Source of the DNA: Chitinophagaceae bacterium
GTDB lineage: Bacteria > Bacteroidota > Bacteroidia > Chitinophagales > Chitinophagaceae
Direction of reading: 5' to 3'
Length of the DNA stretch: 64,000 nt
Assembly (NCBI GenBank): GCA_037718865.1
Contig: JBBJMP010000017.1
Coordinates: 12,926 to 76,925 of the forward strand
Under the pieces are notes generated by a model. It made no database searches and was not told the origin of the DNA. It saw nothing but the letters and a program-made list of their open reading frames with translations. Positions 59,007 to 64,000 of the stretch are shown in pieces (within the stretch, counting starts at the first letter, position 1; every line of letters starts with the position of its first letter). The position numbers were made by a program, and so were the translations under genes.

Positions 59007-59208
59007 TATCCTAACCTTGGATATTAGTTGATAAGCAATTCCACAGGTGCTTCAGAACAAAAATAAGCGGTATCAGCAAATGCTGCGGGGTGCTGCAACG
59101 ACTTGTTAAGGGTTGTTTGCGACATTATTTGTTTTTATCTTTAACTTGTATTGAGCGGCAAAAAGCATGACCATTAAGTATCTGACAAGACAAAAACAAC
59201 ATCTTACC

Positions 59209-60201
59209 ATGAAACACGTATCTATTCTTGTGCCCAACGAAGCCGTCCTGGCCAGTATAGTCGACCCCCGTACCATGTTTACAGGAACCAATGAGTTTTT
59301 AGAAGCAGCTGGTAAACCGGCATTGTTCAAAGTGCAGCTGGTGGGCCTTTCTAAAGAAGTGCAGTTCAATAACGGATTGTTTAGTGTTAAAACCGATGTG
59401 TTGTTTCGGGATGTTAAGAAAACAGATCTGATTATCGTACCTGCCCTGAGCGGCGACTTAAAAACCGCGTTGGCGCTGAACAGGGAACTTCTTCCCTGGA
59501 TCGTAAAACAATATCAAAAAGGGGCTGAAGTAGCCAGCCTCTGTGTCGGGGCATTTTTACTGGCATCAACCGGATTGTTAAATGGAAAAGAATGTTCAAG
59601 CCACTGGAAAACAGCCCATGAATTCAGGGAGATGTTTCCTGAAGTAACTCTTGTTGACGGTAGAATTGTAACAGAGCAACAGGGCCTTTATTCAAGTGGC
59701 GGCGCAACCTCTTACTGGAACCTTCTCTTATACCTTATTGAAAAATACGCTGGCAGGGAGATGGCTATTACCGCCTCCAAGGTTTATGCGCTGGACATAG
59801 ACAGGAAAAGCCAATCGCCCTTTATCATGTTCAACGGACAGAAAACGCATGAAGACGAACCCATAAAGCAAGCCCAGGAATATATTGAACGCAACATAAC
59901 GGAAAAAATATCAGTCGAGCGCCTGGCTTCAACATACGCCATTGGAAGACGTCATTTCGAAAGACGCTTCAAAAAGGCCACTAAGAACACCCCTGTCGAA
60001 TATATGCAGAGAGTAAGAATAGAGGCTGCCAAAAAGCAATTTGAAAATAGCGCCAAAAACGTGAATGAAGTAATGTATGACGTGGGCTATTCCGACACAA
60101 AAGCGTTTAGAACCATGTTTAAAAGAATCACCGGCCTGTCTCCGATAGAATACAGAAATAAATATAATAAGGATGCTGTTGTAGCATTCCTGGAAAGCTA
60201 G
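59209..60201 (+). CDS. GlxA-family transcriptional regulator (DJ-1/PfpI-like domain plus AraC HTH)
   Basis: MKHVSILVPNEAVLASI..., SLCVGAFLLASTGLL, and a C-terminal AraC-type HTH (VGYSDTKAFRTMFKRITGLSPIEYR). The track ORF starts at 59167. Confidence 0.88.
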   Translation: MKHVSILVPNEAVLASIVDPRTMFTGTNEFLEAAGKPALFKVQLVGLSKEVQFNNGLFSVKTDVLFRDVKKTDLIIVPALSGDLKTALALNRELLPWIVKQYQKGAEVASLCVGAFLLASTGLLNGKECSSHWKTAHEFREMFPEVTLVDGRIVTEQQGLYSSGGATSYWNLLLYLIEKYAGREMAITASKVYALDIDRKSQSPFIMFNGQKTHEDEPIKQAQEYIERNITEKISVERLASTYAIGRRHFERRFKKATKNTPVEYMQRVRIEAAKKQFENSAKNVNEVMYDVGYSDTKAFRTMFKRITGLSPIEYRNKYNKDAVVAFLES

Positions 60202-60265
60202 ACTGCTGTACATTAATAATCATCCTGCTAAGAAGCCATTGTCTAAAATACGATAATCATAGGCT

Positions 60266-61575
60266 CTATAACTCTTCATCGTGCTGGCTCTTGTCCAGGC
60301 CTATTTCTTCATCTTCCGCAGAAACCCTGAGCGGACTTACGGCGTTTGTGATCATTAACAGCACATAAGAACCAATAAATGCAAATGCCGATACAACAAC
60401 AAGAGCCAGAAGATGAACGAAAAACAATTTTGTCTCGCCATAATATAATCCATTGCCCGTGGTATTTGCTGCGTTTACTTCCTGGTTTGCAAATATGCCG
60501 GTCATTAACATCCCAACCATACCTCCGACACCATGACAGGGGAATACGTCTAACGTATCATCGATAGTCGTACGAGAACGCCAGATCACTACAAGATTAC
60601 TCACCACAGCTGCCACCACTCCTATTATAATAGAGTGCGTAACGGTTACATAACCGGCAGCAGGGGTGATCGCTACCAGTCCTACCACAGCACCGATACA
60701 GGCACCCATGGCAGAAGGCTTTTTCCGCGAAACATATCAAAAAATATCCACGCCATTGATGCGGCGGCTGAGGCGGTGGTTGTTGTTGCTAAGGCCGTAG
60801 CCGCAAGTGTTCCGGCACCGGCAGCAGAACCGGCATTAAATCCAAACCATCCAAACCACAACAAACCCGTACCCAGTATAACGTAGCTGATCCGTGCAGG
60901 CTGCGCATGCTCCACTGCATTTCTTCTTTTCAAAAAAATGGCGGACGCAAGAGCCGCCCAGCCGGCTGACATGTGTACCACAGTACCTCCTGCAAAATCA
61001 AGTACCCCCTGTTCAAACAAAATGCCATTGGGGTGCCAGGTAGCATGTGCAAGGGGAGCATAAATGCAGATCATAAATAATAAAAGAAAAATAAGGTAAG
61101 AATTAAAACGGATACGCTCGGCGAACGCACCTGTAATCAAGGCCGGAGTAATCACTGCAAATTTCAACTGGAACATGGCAAACAGAACCAACGGAATAGT
61201 TGGAGCCAAAGGCCAGACCGCATTACCTATCATTCCCTTCATCATAAAAAAAATTGAAGGATTACCAATAACACCACCGATATCATCGCCAAAGGCCAGA
61301 CTAAAACCAAAAGCAACCCATAATACGGTAATCACACCCATACATACCAGGCTCTGCAACATGGTGGAAATGACATTTTTTTTCCTTACCATTCCGCCAT
61401 AGAAGTAGGCAAGACCTGGTGTCATCAAAAGCACAAGGGCGGTTGCTACCAGCAACCATGCAGTATCGCCCGTGTCAATTTTGTTCTCAGTAACATTAAC
61501 TGCATGCACAGATGGGAAGATCAATCCCAAAACAAGGGCAAGGACAAGTAAGAAAAAAAGTATTTTTTTTCTCAT
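60266..61575 (-). pseudogene. amt: Ammonium transporter (Amt family) split by a single frameshift
   Basis: ORFs 60682-61575 and 60266-60709 together give a normal Amt protein. The frames meet at a T5 run (60720-60724), where FRGKKPSAMGACIG would be restored by one extra base. Confidence 0.85.
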
Positions 61576-61741
61576 AATATTAAAAATTTCGTTAAGAAAC
61601 CGAATAAATTGATTTTATTTATTGAAATATAATGGTTTTATTTCGAAACACCCGATATTTATTCATATAGGATAAATGTATATTGTGTTGGAGGATTTGA
61701 AGAAGTTACGGGGTGCACTTTTTAGAAGTGTAATATCATCG

Positions 61742-63904
61742 CTAGCTAGGTGCTAAACTGTAAGCCACATACTTATCGCCAGATTTTGTATTCAATTTTC
61801 CCCCTCCACAGGCAATAACTACAAACTGTTTGCCTCCTACGGCGTAAGTGCTTGGAGACGCGTAACCTGCAGCCGGAAGTTCCGATTGCCATAAAATTGT
61901 TCCATTAGTTTTGTCCAGTGCCCTGAACATCGCATCCCTGCTTGCCGCAATGAAGATAAGTCCGCTCGCGGTAACAAGTGGCCCTCCATAGTTATCCGTT
62001 CCGGTCGGCGACATTCCTTTAGCGGTAAGCGCTTTGTATTCACCCAATGGAACCTGCCATTTGTGTTCGCCGGTGTTAAGGTCAACAGCAGTAAGTGTTC
62101 CCCATGGAGGAGAGCTTACAGGGTATCCATTCCTGTCGTACCACCTGTTGTAACCCGTGTGCCGGTACGGCAATAATTTGCTGGTATTACCCGACGTTGT
62201 TATCTGGGCAGTAGCCTTATTCAGCATGTAATCGGTAATCGTTTTTCTTTCTGTAACGGTGATGTGGGAAAAAGAGGGCATCATACCTCTTCCCGTCAGT
62301 AACAACTGTGAGATACCTTCAGCCGACATCCTTTTATCAATACCGATCAGAGATGGAAACGAACCATCGTGATTGCCTGCACGGTCCTTACCATGACAGG
62401 CAGAACAATACGTATCGTACAACCTGCTGCCGGTTACTCTAACTATTGTGTTCGGTTGTTCCACGTCTACCAGGGACGTATAAACGGGCAATTCCTTTGC
62501 CGGAACATATAATGTGCCTTCAGGATCTGTTGCAGCACCTCCCCATTGTGCCCCGCCATCTGTGCCCGGAAAAAAGATTGTCATGTCCTTGCTTAATGGT
62601 ATATAAGCACTTCCTGTTCTTGCGCTCCTTAATAATTTTATCAGTGAATCACGGTCAGCAACAAACGCATTAAAATCTTTTTCCAGGAACACCTGCCTGG
62701 TGAAAGGATCCGGTTTTAAAGGAATGGGCTGGGTAGCACTTGGCTGTTCACCTGGTATGCCATCACCCGGAAAGGGCTGTTCCACTATTTTAAACAGCGG
62801 TTTTCCCGTAACCCGGTCGAAAACGAAGATATGCCCCTGCTTGGTGATCTGTGCCACGGCATCTATCTTTTTTCCTTTTTGCACTACCGTAAGTAAATTA
62901 GGTGGCGCCGGAGGATCTCTGTCCCAAATATCATGATGCACCAGCTGGAAATGCCATAAACGCTTGCCCGTAGCTGCATCCAGGGCAAGTAGGCAATTGG
63001 CGAAAAGGTTGTTGCCCTTGCGGTTGCCACCGTAAAAATCATATGCCGCTGAACCTGTTGGAATGTATACAATTCCGCGCGCCCTGTCGATAGCCATGCC
63101 TGCCCAGCAATTTGCTCCTCCCAAGCGCTGCCGTGGATTAGGCGGAGACCAGGTAGAGTAACCGGGATCTCCGATTGCGGGAATCGTCCTGAAGGTCCAA
63201 ACCAATTTGCCGGTATTCACGTTGAATGCCCTGATATCGCCCAACAGCGCTGTCTCTGACTCCGAAACCCTGGCGCCGGTTATGATTAGGTCTTTGTAGA
63301 CAGTATTCGGGGTGTTTGAAACAACATAGTCATCGGCTCCCGGGCGTACCAGGCCTGTTTTCAGGTCGATCCTCCCTTTGTCACCAAACCCTGGTCTAAG
63401 TTTCCCCGTTGCCGCATCCACTGAATACAGCCATTTTCCCGCACCGAAAAAAATGGTTGCCCCTTGCCTGCCGGCATAATAGGTAACACCCCTGCTGGTG
63501 GTTCCACCATTTTCTGTGATATTGGTCTTCCATAATTCTCTCCCATTCGTTGCATCGAGTGCAAATACCTGGGTATTGGCGGAAACCCCGTAAAGGATAC
63601 CGTCGATGATGATGGGATTACACTGGATCTGGGTACGGTTGGCCATCGTATCTGCACCACCGGAAGCGTACACCCAAGCGGGCTTTAACCGCGCAACGTT
63701 CGCTTTGGTTATCTGCTGCAGCACAGAATAATGACTACGCGCTCCATCACCATTGTATTCTTCCCAGTTGGTAAAGGGGGTGTTGATTGGATTAGCCTGC
63801 TTTGATTTTGATAGATATGGATATTCAATAAAAAAGCTAAAGATCATTACTGTGCTGAATAGTAAAATTACCTTTTTTAGCATGCTACCTTTTCCTCCAC
63901 TCAT
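61742..63904 (-). CDS. PQQ-dependent dehydrogenase beta-propeller with an internal c-type cytochrome domain
   Basis: 720 aa. PQQ-propeller motifs are present (W-motif blades, ANCWAGMA, DIWDRD). CSACHG lies at aa 500-505 inside the chain. The likely start is at 63883. Confidence 0.88.
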   Translation of the reverse strand: MSGGKGSMLKKVILLFSTVMIFSFFIEYPYLSKSKQANPINTPFTNWEEYNGDGARSHYSVLQQITKANVARLKPAWVYASGGADTMANRTQIQCNPIIIDGILYGVSANTQVFALDATNGRELWKTNITENGGTTSRGVTYYAGRQGATIFFGAGKWLYSVDAATGKLRPGFGDKGRIDLKTGLVRPGADDYVVSNTPNTVYKDLIITGARVSESETALLGDIRAFNVNTGKLVWTFRTIPAIGDPGYSTWSPPNPRQRLGGANCWAGMAIDRARGIVYIPTGSAAYDFYGGNRKGNNLFANCLLALDAATGKRLWHFQLVHHDIWDRDPPAPPNLLTVVQKGKKIDAVAQITKQGHIFVFDRVTGKPLFKIVEQPFPGDGIPGEQPSATQPIPLKPDPFTRQVFLEKDFNAFVADRDSLIKLLRSARTGSAYIPLSKDMTIFFPGTDGGAQWGGAATDPEGTLYVPAKELPVYTSLVDVEQPNTIVRVTGSRLYDTYCSACHGKDRAGNHDGSFPSLIGIDKRMSAEGISQLLLTGRGMMPSFSHITVTERKTITDYMLNKATAQITTSGNTSKLLPYRHTGYNRWYDRNGYPVSSPPWGTLTAVDLNTGEHKWQVPLGEYKALTAKGMSPTGTDNYGGPLVTASGLIFIAASRDAMFRALDKTNGTILWQSELPAAGYASPSTYAVGGKQFVVIACGGGKLNTKSGDKYVAYSLAPS

Positions 63905-64000
63905 AACGCATAACTCATAGTTAAGAAACGCTAACCGATTGCTCCCAACCCGTTTCTTTCAAAGCAGGGTCATTTTCTTTCTTTAAAAAATCCGCTTCCG

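Overview
This window looks like a chromosomal segment of a Bacteroidota genome (Chitinophagia/Sphingobacteriia-like). The taxonomic guess rests on gene content only: two SusC/SusD pairs, Tat-signal Gfo/Idh/MocA oxidoreductases, DUF1080, a PVC-type CxxCH heme protein, GH20 and a GH140-like protein.

Intact content is dominated by glycan and sugar utilisation:
- PUL 1 at 10765-16745 (SusC, SusD, EEP-family enzyme).
- PUL 2 at 29452-38416 (SusC, SusD, VCBS/ASPIC protein).
- Two paralogous periplasmic oxidoreductases, DUF1080, a PQQ dehydrogenase, DUF5916/CBM9 and GH20.
- A small envelope-glycosylation neighbourhood (GT2, DUF2304 and a 589-aa polytopic membrane protein).

Mobile DNA is abundant:
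- Two near-identical IS1595-family copies. One is cut by the window edge. The other is complete, has an 8-bp target duplication, and sits exactly in the susC-susD spacer of PUL 2.
- A complete group II intron with an RT-maturase-HNH ORF and recognisable domains V and VI.
- An ISL3 transposase relic.
- A degraded integrase / toprim-primase / VRR-NUC / small-terminase module that resembles a phage or phage-satellite remnant.

The window also carries an unusually high number of gene relics. These are chimeric fragments fused by deletions, plus about a dozen reading-frame breaks that nearly all fit loss of one base in a short A/T run. That pattern may be a sequencing or assembly artefact rather than biology.

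I found no rRNA, no complete tRNA and no CRISPR array. I also could not identify a clear new multi-gene system. The best candidates for follow-up are:
- the orphan protein with five 46-aa repeats next to the IS and the intron;
- the 23-nt motif triplet at the intron junction;
- the satellite-like remnant;
- the GT2/DUF2304/polytopic-membrane neighbourhood.

All family assignments come from reading motifs in the translations. No searches or computations were run.
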